Below are positions 1-7,930 of a stretch of 24,000 nt of DNA, in pieces. Below the pieces are notes generated by a model. The model had not been told where the DNA came from, ran no database searches, and saw only the letters and a program-made list of their open reading frames with translations. How positions within the stretch are numbered: the first letter of the stretch is position 1; every line of letters starts with the position of its first letter. Made by a program: the position numbers and the translations under genes. Origin of the DNA: Phenylobacterium haematophilum (GTDB taxonomy: Bacteria > Pseudomonadota > Alphaproteobacteria > Caulobacterales > Caulobacteraceae); the NCBI RefSeq assembly GCF_014196295.1, contig NZ_JACIDK010000001.1, positions 204,785 to 228,784 on the forward strand, written 5' to 3'.

Positions 1-1204
1 CAGGTTCGCTGATCTCTTCCTCGGTGTCGGGATCGACCAGGCGGCTGAAGAAGCGGTCGTTGAGCGGATAGGCCCAGTCGAAGCCCGGCGCGCCGACTCG
101 CGGGAAGTAGGTCGCCCGCTCGCCATGGCCGGGAATGTCGTCGGCCGTGCCGCACAGCGACATGCCCTCGTTGGAGCCGAAATAGTTGACGATCTCGACG
201 CCATAGCGGTCGTGGAAGGCGCGGATCATCGTCTCCGACAACGGCGCCGAGCCCGAACCGATAGCCCGCAGCCGGCTGAAGTCGACACCCTCCAGCAGCT
301 TGTGATCGTGGGTCAGCAGGTTCAGCACCGCCGGCGGGGCGACGGTGTAGTCGATGGGGTGCTCGCGCATCTGCGCCAGCATCACCGCCAAGTCGAACGG
401 ATGGTGCTGGATCAGCGTCCCGCCGATCAGCAGCCAACCGGCCAGCGCCGTCGAGACCCCGCCCATATTAACCATCGGAAACGGGTTCAGCAGTCGCGCG
501 CCCATCGACAGCCGGCCGGCGGCGACCACGCCCTGGGCCATGATCAGCCACTCGTTGTGGCTGCGCGGCACGCCCTTGGGCTCGGCCTCGGTGCCGGAGG
601 TCCAGCAGATCGTCGCCACGTCGTCGGCGGTGATCGCCGCGGCGTCGGCGGCGTGCTTCGCCGCGGCCAGCTGCTCCGACGTGACGCCGCTCATGGCCGC
701 GTCCAGATCCACCGCGGCCTCGGCCGCGCCGACGCTGAAGATGGTCTGCAGCGCCAGGCCGCGCAGCTGCGCCACATGGTCGTGGCCGCCGATGACGGCG
801 CCCGTGATCGCCGCCTTGGCGCCGGTGCGGCGCACGATGCTGGAGAGCTCGTTCTCGCGGTACTGAACCGGCGCAGGCGTGACGATGATCCCGAGCTTGA
901 AGGCGGCCAGATAAGCGAGGGTCAGTTCGACCACGTTGGGCAGCTGCACCAGCAGCACGTCGTCCTTCCCCAGGCCCGCGCCGTGCAGCGCTGCGGCCAG
1001 GCAGTCGACCGCCTGGCCCAGCTCGCGCCAGGTCAGCCGGCGCGGATCGCGGCCGATGACGGCCTGCGTGTTCGGTGGATCGATCAGCGCGTCGTCGCCC
1101 GGCCGCTCGGCGACATGACGGTCCAGCAGGTCGACCATTGTGGTCTCGCCCCACCAGCCCTGGGCGCGGTACGCGGCGATGTGGTCGGCGGGAACAAGGA
1201 TCAT
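1..1204 (-). CDS. AMP-dependent acyl-CoA synthetase/ligase (ACS1), C-terminal end cut by window edge
   Basis: Absent from the ORF track because it runs off the left edge. My translation of the minus strand from ATG 1204..1202 gives MILVPADHIAAYRAQGWWGETTMVDLLDRHVAERPGDDALIDPP...DDVATICWTSGTEAEPKGVPRSH...IGSGSAPLSETMIRAFHDRYGVEIVNYFGSNEG. This has an adenylate-forming motif I variant (TSGTEAEPKG). GGAG lies 6 nt upstream, and the start is 13 nt downstream of the thiolase stop, so the two are likely co-transcribed. Confidence 0.85.
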   Translation of the reverse strand, partial: MILVPADHIAAYRAQGWWGETTMVDLLDRHVAERPGDDALIDPPNTQAVIGRDPRRLTWRELGQAVDCLAAALHGAGLGKDDVLLVQLPNVVELTLAYLAAFKLGIIVTPAPVQYRENELSSIVRRTGAKAAITGAVIGGHDHVAQLRGLALQTIFSVGAAEAAVDLDAAMSGVTSEQLAAAKHAADAAAITADDVATICWTSGTEAEPKGVPRSHNEWLIMAQGVVAAGRLSMGARLLNPFPMVNMGGVSTALAGWLLIGGTLIQHHPFDLAVMLAQMREHPIDYTVAPPAVLNLLTHDHKLLEGVDFSRLRAIGSGSAPLSETMIRAFHDRYGVEIVNYFGSNEGMSLCGTADDIPGHGERATYFPRVGAPGFDWAYPLNDRFFSRLVDPDTEEEISEP

Positions 1205-1216
1205 CGTCGGCTCCGA

Positions 1217-2371
1217 TCAGGCGAGGCGTTCGACCACCATGGCCGCGCCGACCCCGGCCGCGCCGGTGGCGACGACCAGGCCCAGGCGGCCGTCGGCGGC
1301 GTCCAGGGCGTCCAGCAGCGACGACAGCAGGATCGCGCCGGTGGCCCCCATCGGGTGGCCCTTGGCCAGGTGGCCGCCGCCGACATTGACCTTGGCCGGA
1401 TCGGCCGGCCGGTCGCGCAGGAACTTGGCGATGGTGACCGCGAAGGCCTCCATGAACTCGACGCGGTCCATGTCGGCCAGGGTCAGGCCGGCCCTCGCCA
1501 ATGCCTTGTCCATGGCCGAGAACCCGGCCAGCAACGAAGCCTGCGGGTCGCCGCCGGATTCGGCGTAGGCCAGGATTCGGGCGCGGGCCTTGCAGCCGCC
1601 GCTCGGCGCGCCGCCGACAACGGCCAGGCCGGCGCCGTCGCAGACCGGCGGGGCGTGGGCGATGGTGTGGCGATGGTCGATCGGGCCGTCCAACGCTTCC
1701 GCATAGGTCGCCGCCAGCGGCGCGAAGGCGGCGGGCATCGCGGCGAGGGACTCCGCCGTGGTCTGCGGCCGGGCGCACTCTTCGGCTGCCGCCGCGCCGA
1801 CCGCGATGCGCGAAGCGATCAGCGCCGGGTTGGCCTCGGCCTGGCCGGTGCGGACCTGGGAGGCGAGGGCGACCGCGTCGAGTTGCTCGCGGCTGACGTC
1901 CTCGGCCTGCGCCAACCGGTCGGCCGCGACGACCACGGGGATGTAGCGCGAGCGCTTCGGGAAGCTCGCGTCCGTGTAGTAGCCGGCGTTGTCGCCCATG
2001 AACGGCACGCGCGACATCATCTCGACCCCGCCGGCCAGAGCGCGGTCGATCGCGCCGCCGGCGATCATGGTCGCGGCGTGGCCGATCGCGGTCAGGCCTG
2101 AGACGCAATAGTTGTTGAGCGTGAAGGCGTAGGCGTCTTCGGCGACGCCGGAATGCAGCTTGGACACAAGCGCGATGTTGCCGCCCTGGTCGCCGATCTG
2201 GCCGACGCAGCCCAGCACCATCGCCTGGCTCGCGCGCGGGTCCTGACCACGCGTCTCCAACGCGTCGACCAGCGCTCCGACCAGCGCCTGCGGCGTGTTG
2301 GCGGCCAGCGATCCATCGGGGCGGGCCTTGCCGCGCGGGGTCCTGACTGCGTCGTAAATCCAGGCGTCCAC
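1217..2371 (-). CDS. acetyl-CoA C-acyltransferase (degradative thiolase)
   Basis: 384-aa ORF with high GC3. Thiolase hallmarks are the N-terminus IYDAVRTPRGKA, the active-site Cys context NNYCVSGLTAIG, and the C-terminal GGGHLAKGHPMGATGA. GTG start at 2371 is preceded by GGGAGGAAG. Confidence 0.92.
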   Translation of the reverse strand: MDAWIYDAVRTPRGKARPDGSLAANTPQALVGALVDALETRGQDPRASQAMVLGCVGQIGDQGGNIALVSKLHSGVAEDAYAFTLNNYCVSGLTAIGHAATMIAGGAIDRALAGGVEMMSRVPFMGDNAGYYTDASFPKRSRYIPVVVAADRLAQAEDVSREQLDAVALASQVRTGQAEANPALIASRIAVGAAAAEECARPQTTAESLAAMPAAFAPLAATYAEALDGPIDHRHTIAHAPPVCDGAGLAVVGGAPSGGCKARARILAYAESGGDPQASLLAGFSAMDKALARAGLTLADMDRVEFMEAFAVTIAKFLRDRPADPAKVNVGGGHLAKGHPMGATGAILLSSLLDALDAADGRLGLVVATGAAGVGAAMVVERLA

Positions 2372-2435
2372 GTGCGTGCTTCCTCCCGACCGCGCCCTTG
2401 ATCGGGCGTCTGGCCAGGCTCCGGCTTGCCACGAT

Positions 2436-2453
2436 AAGTCTTGGAATGCAAGC
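2436..2453 (+). promoter_or_regulatory. 18-bp island box copy 1 (AAGTCTTGGAATGCAAGC)
   Basis: Matches MAGT-N6-ATG(C/A)AAGY. Lies in the 108-bp divergent gap between the thiolase (start 2371) and the DapB-like gene (start 2480). Confidence 0.65.
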
Positions 2454-2479
2454 TAACGAAAAGTGAGGCGAGGACGGGC

Positions 2480-3502
2480 ATGACGCGCAAGGCCAGAGTG
2501 GTGCAATGGGCGACCGGATCGATGGGCAAGACCTGCCTGCGCGCGGTGCTGGATTCCCCGGACTGCGAGCTCGTCGGGCTGTTCGTCTACAATCCGGCAA
2601 AGGCTGGCGTGGACGCAGGCGAGATCGCGCGGCGGCCGGCGACCGGCGTGCTGGCGACCAGCTCCATCGACGAGATCCTCGCCCTCGACGCCGACGTCGT
2701 TCTGCACTGCCCGATGCTGGCCAGCCCCTATGACGGCCACGACGGCGACGTGAAGCGCCTGCTCGAGAGCGGCAAGAACGTCATCTCGATCAACAACTAC
2801 TTCCACCCCTGGGCGCTCGGCGAGGCCTATGCGCAAGTCCTGGAAGCCAGCGCGCGCAAAGGCGGGGCGACCCTGGCCGGCGTCGGCGTCAATCCGGGGT
2901 GGGCGGCGGAGAAGGTCGCCGCCGCCGTGGCCGGCGTCTCCCTTCGGCTCGACCACGTCGCCACTACCGAAGTCATCGACTGCTCGGGCATCCCCAACGC
3001 CGCCTATGTGTTCGGCGCGCTGGGGATGGGCGCAGATGCCGCCGGCCTGGACCTCAAGGACGGCCCGCTCGCCCGCACCTTCACCGACATGTACGCTCAG
3101 TCGGTCGCGGCCCTGGCCGGCAAGCTGGGGATCGAGCTCGACGCCGTCGAGTCCGACCACGCCGTCACCCTGGCCGACCAGGACCTCGACGTCCGCGCCG
3201 GCGTCGTGCGGGCCGGAACCGTCGCGGCGACCACCTGGCGCGTCCACGGCCTGGCCGCCGGCGTTCGCCGCATCACCCACGCGGTCAACTGGGTCATGGA
3301 CATGAGCCTGCCGGCCTTCGCCGGCAAACCGCATTGGGAGATCGAGCTCACCGGCCTGCCCGGCGTGCGTCTCTCCATGGATCTCACCGAGACCAACGAA
3401 CCCGGCGTCCGCACCAAGCCCGAGCAGTACGCGGTGGCGGGAATGGTCATGGCCGCGATCCCCAAGGTGGTCGCCGCGCCGCCAGGAATTTGGCGCGGGT
3501 AG
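2480..3502 (+). CDS. NAD(P)-binding oxidoreductase, dihydrodipicolinate-reductase (DapB) N-terminal-domain family
   Basis: The track ORF starts at 2441. I prefer ATG 2480 (MTRKARVVQWATGSMGK...) with GAGGACGGG just upstream. It has a glycine-rich Rossmann N-terminus (WATGSMGK) followed by an ~340-aa DapB-like/amine-dehydrogenase-like body. Confidence 0.8.
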   Translation: MTRKARVVQWATGSMGKTCLRAVLDSPDCELVGLFVYNPAKAGVDAGEIARRPATGVLATSSIDEILALDADVVLHCPMLASPYDGHDGDVKRLLESGKNVISINNYFHPWALGEAYAQVLEASARKGGATLAGVGVNPGWAAEKVAAAVAGVSLRLDHVATTEVIDCSGIPNAAYVFGALGMGADAAGLDLKDGPLARTFTDMYAQSVAALAGKLGIELDAVESDHAVTLADQDLDVRAGVVRAGTVAATTWRVHGLAAGVRRITHAVNWVMDMSLPAFAGKPHWEIELTGLPGVRLSMDLTETNEPGVRTKPEQYAVAGMVMAAIPKVVAAPPGIWRG

Positions 3503-3571
3503 ACGGCGGAACTGATTGCAGCGCTTGGAATCTAACGCCAAGTTTCGCGCCGGTCGGAGTTGGAGGGCGTA

Positions 3572-4111
3572 ATGCTGGGCGAAGTGATGGCTGTGGCGTG
3601 CTTCATCTCGCCCAATCCCTCGCCGATGGAGTGGATGGCGAGCGGGCCGCCCGCGAAGCTGGCCGATCTGGAAGCTGCGGCCTCCGACGTCCCCGCGATC
3701 AGGCGCGTGGCGCGCGCGATGGACGGCGACATCGCCTTCGTCCGCTACGAGCTGGGCCCGTCGCTAACCTACGGCGACTGGATGGCGTTTCTGCACAAAG
3801 CTGAGGGCCTGGACGTCCTGCGCTCCACGCCGAGCCACATCGTCCCGAGCTGCCCCGACGGCCGGGCCGGGGATCTGGACGACAGCCATGCGGCGCCGCT
3901 GATCGTCGGCGTGGTCGGTGCGCCTGCAAAAACGTCCGCCGTGATCCGCGAACTGGGATGGCCCGGTACGGCGGTTCGATTGGCCGATGGTCAGAGCGCC
4001 GTCAGGTTTGAGCCGCCCGTCGATCAGGACGATCGCTATGCGCAGTTCGTCGCCCGCGCCGCCAAGGACGCCTGGCCGGAGGTGAAGGTCGTCCTGTTGC
4101 GCGCGGACTGA
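3572..4111 (+). CDS. hypothetical protein (no family recognised)
   Basis: The track ORF begins at TTG 3560. ATG 3572 follows GGAGGG (3563-3568), and ATG 3587 is also possible. GC3 is high and the composition is protein-like rather than an Arg-rich shadow. It has slightly more A/T-ending codons than its neighbours. Confidence 0.55.
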   Translation: MLGEVMAVACFISPNPSPMEWMASGPPAKLADLEAAASDVPAIRRVARAMDGDIAFVRYELGPSLTYGDWMAFLHKAEGLDVLRSTPSHIVPSCPDGRAGDLDDSHAAPLIVGVVGAPAKTSAVIRELGWPGTAVRLADGQSAVRFEPPVDQDDRYAQFVARAAKDAWPEVKVVLLRAD

Positions 4112-4127
4112 TCGCGGGGGAGGACGG

Positions 4128-5357
4128 CTACCCGACCCGACCCACAACGAAGCTGACGACCGTCCCCAGCGAGCCGCCGATATTCAGGGTCTGGTAGGTG
4201 CGCGCGCCTTCGACCTGATAGTCGCCGGCGGTGCCGGTGACCTGCCGTCCGGCGTCGAGCAGCATCCGCGCGCCGGTCGCCCCGACCGGATGGCCGACGC
4301 CGATCAGCCCGCCCGAAGCGTTGACCGGGCACTTACCGCCCAGTTCGATCAGGCCGCTCTCGACCGCCTGCCAGGACTGGCCCGGCGCAGTCAGGCCGAG
4401 ATGGTCGATGGCCATGTATTCGGTCGAGGTGAAGCAGTCGTGGGTCTCGACGCCGGACAGGTCCTGCGGCCCGGCGATCCCGGCGCGGCCCCAGGCGTCG
4501 GTGATCGCCTTGCGCACGTGCGGGAACACGTAGTCCTGCCCCTTCGAGCGCTCGATCTTGTCGAGGAACCGGATCCCGGCGTTGGTGTGGCCCCAGCCGA
4601 GGATCTGCGGGAAGTCGGACGCCTTCACCCCGCGGCGGGCGGCGTAGCGCTCCATGAAGCGGTCCGAGCACAGCACGATGGCGCTGGTCCCGTCGGTGAT
4701 CTGGCCGCAGTCCATGCGCCGGGTGCCCGGCTCGATGATCGGGTTGGCCGCATCGTCGTCGGTGAAGTTCTCGGCCGTGAACGCCCACTTGCGGGTCTGC
4801 GAGAGCGGATTGCGCTTGGCGTTGGTGAGGTTGATCTCGGCGATGCGGTTCAGGTGCCGCCGGTCCAGTCCATAGCGCTCGCCGTATTCCTGGCTCAGGC
4901 GCCCGAACACGGCCGGCCACATGAAGCGGCAGTCGATGCCCTCGCGGCCCTGCCAGGAGGCGGCGTTCTGCACCTTCGAGGCCTCGTCGCCCGGCAGGTT
5001 CTTCTCTTCCTCGGCCCCGACGATCAGCACGCAGTCATAGCGCCCGGCCTCGATCTCGGCGGTGGCGGCCAGCACGGCGATGGAGGCCGAGGCGCAGGCC
5101 GCCTCGTGGCGCATGGCCGGCACGCCGTGCAGTTCGGGAACCACCTGGGCGACCATCGCCGCCAGATGCCCCTGACCGCGATAGAGTTCGCCGAAGGCGT
5201 TGCCCACATGGACCGCGTCGATGTCGGAGGGGTCAAGCTTGCAGGCGTCCAGCGCGCCCAGGATGCCGTCCCTGAGGATGTCCGACAGGTCGAGGCCCTC
5301 GCGCGACCAGGCGCGGGCGAAGTCGCTCTGATGACCGCCCAGAAGATAGATCGCCAT
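4128..5357 (-). CDS. SCP-x-type thiolase / thiolase-like lipid-transfer protein
   Basis: The track ORF extends to 5423. The true start is probably ATG 5357 (MAIYLLGGHQSDFARAW) with GGAGGA upstream. Thiolase-fold motifs present: HEAACASASIAVL (nucleophile Cys), ETHDCFT, NASGGLIGVGHPVGATGARM. Confidence 0.88.
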   Translation of the reverse strand: MAIYLLGGHQSDFARAWSREGLDLSDILRDGILGALDACKLDPSDIDAVHVGNAFGELYRGQGHLAAMVAQVVPELHGVPAMRHEAACASASIAVLAATAEIEAGRYDCVLIVGAEEEKNLPGDEASKVQNAASWQGREGIDCRFMWPAVFGRLSQEYGERYGLDRRHLNRIAEINLTNAKRNPLSQTRKWAFTAENFTDDDAANPIIEPGTRRMDCGQITDGTSAIVLCSDRFMERYAARRGVKASDFPQILGWGHTNAGIRFLDKIERSKGQDYVFPHVRKAITDAWGRAGIAGPQDLSGVETHDCFTSTEYMAIDHLGLTAPGQSWQAVESGLIELGGKCPVNASGGLIGVGHPVGATGARMLLDAGRQVTGTAGDYQVEGARTYQTLNIGGSLGTVVSFVVGRVG

Positions 5358-5407
5358 GGCTTCCTCCAACCTGATCTTTCGTGATCTTGCCGACGAGCCT
5401 AAGGTAT

Positions 5408-5425
5408 CGGTTCGTAAATGCAAGT
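5408..5425 (+). promoter_or_regulatory. 18-bp island box copy 2 (CGGTTCGTAAATGCAAGT)
   Basis: Lies in the 83-bp divergent gap 5358-5440. It ends 15 nt before the SDR start codon and abuts its GGAGG SD. Confidence 0.65.
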
Positions 5426-5440
5426 CATAGGGAGGCCGGC

Positions 5441-6262
5441 ATGCGGGATTTCGAGGGCAGGACAGGCGTGGTCACCGGCGCGGCCGGCGGCATGGGCGCG
5501 GCGGCGGTGCGGCTGTTCGCCGAGCGCGGGGCCAGGGTGGTGGCGCTCGACCGCCGGCTGGAGGACCTTAACGGCCTCGCCGAAGCCTGGCGCGGGGAGG
5601 GGCTGGCCGTCGAGATCGCCGGCTATGACCAGGGCGATCCCGACAGCATCGCGGCGGTGTTCGAGCAGGTGGACGGCGTCGCCGGCGGGCGGCTCGACTT
5701 CTGCTTCGCCAACGCCGGCTATGGCCGCTACCGCCCGGTCCTGGAGATCGAGGCCAAGGAGTGGAAGCGTCACACCGCGATCAACCTCGACGGCACGTTC
5801 CTGGTCGCCCAGGCGGCCGCGCGGCGGATGCGCCAGGGCGGCGGGGCGATCGTACTCAACGCCTCGTCCGGAGCGGTGTTTCCCACTGACCTGCTCTCGG
5901 CCTACTGCGCGTCCAAGGCCGGCTTGGTGATGCTGGCCAAGATCCTGGCCTCCGAACTCGGCGCCTATGGAATCCGGGTCAACGCCGTGCTGCCTGGCGT
6001 CATCGAAACCCCGATGACCGAGAGCCTGCTGTCAGAACCCGGCGTGCCGGAAACCCTCGCCAAGGCCACCCCGCTCGGCCGCGCCGGCCGCCCGGAGGAG
6101 GTGGCGCAGGCCGCCGCCTTCCTGTGCAGCCCCGCGTCCGGCTACGTCACCGGAACCAGCCTGCTGGTCGACGGCGGCCAGACCCTTCACGGCTTCCCGC
6201 GCTGGTTCAGCACCGACCACCGCGACCCCGCCGCGCCCTGGACGCCGCATGTCGACGTCTAG
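5441..6262 (+). CDS. short-chain dehydrogenase/reductase (SDR1)
   Basis: Start ATG 5441 (MRDFEGRTGVVTGAAGGMG) after GGAGG. Contains the TGxxxGxG cofactor motif, NASS, and the catalytic YCASK (YxxxK). Confidence 0.92.
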   Translation: MRDFEGRTGVVTGAAGGMGAAAVRLFAERGARVVALDRRLEDLNGLAEAWRGEGLAVEIAGYDQGDPDSIAAVFEQVDGVAGGRLDFCFANAGYGRYRPVLEIEAKEWKRHTAINLDGTFLVAQAAARRMRQGGGAIVLNASSGAVFPTDLLSAYCASKAGLVMLAKILASELGAYGIRVNAVLPGVIETPMTESLLSEPGVPETLAKATPLGRAGRPEEVAQAAAFLCSPASGYVTGTSLLVDGGQTLHGFPRWFSTDHRDPAAPWTPHVDV

Positions 6263-6292
6263 CACTACTTGCGTGGGGCCTCGCTTCGTGTA

Positions 6293-6310
6293 GCTTTCAT
6301 ATAAAGACTA
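6293..6310 (-). promoter_or_regulatory. 18-bp island box copy 8, inverted orientation (minus strand reads TAGTCTTTATATGAAAGC)
   Basis: Lies in the 70-bp gap between SDR1 and SDR2. It is 14/18 identical to copy 1. It is the only copy on the minus strand and one of two with A instead of C at position 14. Confidence 0.5.
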
Positions 6311-6332
6311 AAAGAGACGTCGGGAGGACGCT

Positions 6333-7091
6333 ATGCAGGTCAAGGATTCCGTCGCCCTGGTCACCGGGGCCAATCGCGGCATCGGCGAGGCGTTCGTGCG
6401 CGAACTGGTCGCCGCCGGCGCGGCCCATGTCTACGCCGCCGCCCGCGACGCCGCCTCGGCCGCTCACCTCGAGGCCGAGTTCCCCGGCCAGGTGACCGCC
6501 GTCCAGCTCGATGTCAGCCAGCCCGACCAGATCGCCGCGATCGCCGCCGCGCGACCCGACGTGTCGCTGATCGTCAACAACGCCGGCGCCTTCACCCACG
6601 GCCTGCTGATCGGCTCGCCCACCCTGGCCGGCGCGCGCGAGGAGATGGAGGTCAACTATTTCGGCTCCGTCGCGATGTGCCGCGCGTTCGCGCCGGCGCT
6701 CGCCAGGCATGGCGGCGGCGGGATCATCAACGTGCTCTCGGTCGGCGGCATCCTGGCGGCCCCGAACATGGGCGGCTACAGCCCCTCGAAGTTCGCCATG
6801 CGCGCCGCCACCCAGTGCATCCGCGCCGAACTGGCCGACCAGGGCACCACGGTCTCGGCGCTGATCGTCGGCTCGGTCGACACCCGCATGGCCGAACACG
6901 TGAAGGGCGCCAAGGAGCCGCCTTCGGTGATCGCCAAGGCCGGCATCAAGGCCATCGAACGCGGCCAGGACGAGGTCGACACCGACCGCATGGCTATCGA
7001 GACGCGCGCCGCGCAGGCCCGCGATCCGAAGGGGCTCGAGCGCCAGATGGCCAAAATGCTCAAGGCGACTGAAATTTCGACCGGCCGTTAG
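6333..7091 (+). CDS. short-chain dehydrogenase/reductase (SDR2)
   Basis: MQVKDSVALVTGANRGIGEAF (TGxxxGIG) and YSPSKFAM (YxxxK). GGGAGGA SD lies before ATG 6333. Confidence 0.92.
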   Translation: MQVKDSVALVTGANRGIGEAFVRELVAAGAAHVYAAARDAASAAHLEAEFPGQVTAVQLDVSQPDQIAAIAAARPDVSLIVNNAGAFTHGLLIGSPTLAGAREEMEVNYFGSVAMCRAFAPALARHGGGGIINVLSVGGILAAPNMGGYSPSKFAMRAATQCIRAELADQGTTVSALIVGSVDTRMAEHVKGAKEPPSVIAKAGIKAIERGQDEVDTDRMAIETRAAQARDPKGLERQMAKMLKATEISTGR

Positions 7092-7102
7092 GGGGAACGA
7101 CC

Positions 7103-7930
7103 ATGCCTGAACTCTCACAGATCGCGACCTTGCTCGCCGTCAATTTCGGCCTGCTGGTTGTCGGCTTCCTGATCCTCTGGATGATCGGGACGGCGATCAA
7201 GGACGTCACATTCGTCGACGCCTGCTGGGGCCTCGGCCTCGCCAGCATGGCGGTGGCGAGCTTCTTCCAGACACCTGACGGCGCGGAGGCGCGCCGTTAC
7301 CTGCTGACCGGCCTGGCGCTGCTCTGGGGGCTGCGGCTTGGCCTGCACATCCTCGGCCGCTGGCGTCATGAGGGCCCGGACCGCCGCTATGTGAAGATGA
7401 TGGACCGGGCCAAGGCCGACAAAGGCTGGAGCTACGCCCACGCCTCGCTGCGCATGGTCTTCGCCTTCCAGGCGCCGCTGCTCTGGGTGGTCAGCCTGCC
7501 GGTCCAACTCGGCCAGATCTCGGCCCAGCCGGCGGCCGTCGGCGCGCTCGGCTGGATCGGCGCGGCGCTGTCGCTGTTCGGCATCGCCTTCGAGACCACC
7601 GCCGACTCTCAGCTCAAGCGCTTCAAGGCCGATCCGGCCAACAAGGGCCAGGTGCTCGCCACCGGCCTCTGGCGCTACACCCGCCACCCCAACTACTTCG
7701 GCGACATCTGCACCTGGGTCGGCTTCTACCTGATCGCCGCCGAGACCACGCTCGGCCTTTGGGCGCTGCCTGGTCCGCTGCTGCTGATCTTCCTGCTGAC
7801 CCGCTGGAGCGGCGGGCCGTCCTACGAAAAGCGCCTGACCCATCAGCGGCCGGGCTATGACGACTACATCCGCCGCACGTCCTCGCTGATCCCCTGGCCG
7901 CCCAAGCGTCTCGACGGGAGCGCCTCGTGA
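7103..7930 (+). CDS. DUF1295-family polytopic membrane protein (steroid 5-alpha-reductase / isoprenylcysteine methyltransferase-like fold)
   Basis: 275 aa with multiple hydrophobic spans. Contains the C-terminal signature GLWRYTRHPNYFGD typical of DUF1295-type proteins. GGGGGAA SD is present. Confidence 0.85.
   Translation: MPELSQIATLLAVNFGLLVVGFLILWMIGTAIKDVTFVDACWGLGLASMAVASFFQTPDGAEARRYLLTGLALLWGLRLGLHILGRWRHEGPDRRYVKMMDRAKADKGWSYAHASLRMVFAFQAPLLWVVSLPVQLGQISAQPAAVGALGWIGAALSLFGIAFETTADSQLKRFKADPANKGQVLATGLWRYTRHPNYFGDICTWVGFYLIAAETTLGLWALPGPLLLIFLLTRWSGGPSYEKRLTHQRPGYDDYIRRTSSLIPWPPKRLDGSAS

Noticed and set aside
2441-2479. N-terminal extensions offered by the track (2441, 5381 and 5423, 11715, 12026, 15677, 22039, 10540, 3560)
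   Set aside because: The extensions translate to non-conserved or Arg-rich sequence and would run through the AT-rich promoter gaps and the 18-bp boxes. Internal ATG or GTG codons with proper SD sequences give N-termini typical of the families.
125-2600. Very long ORFs 125..2101 (+, 658 aa) and 468..2600 (-, 710 aa) spanning the first two genes
   Set aside because: They are extremely Arg/Gly/Pro/Asp-rich, low-complexity translations with no motifs. They run antisense to or out of frame with clearly recognisable CoA-ligase and thiolase reading frames. These are typical shadow ORFs of high-GC DNA.
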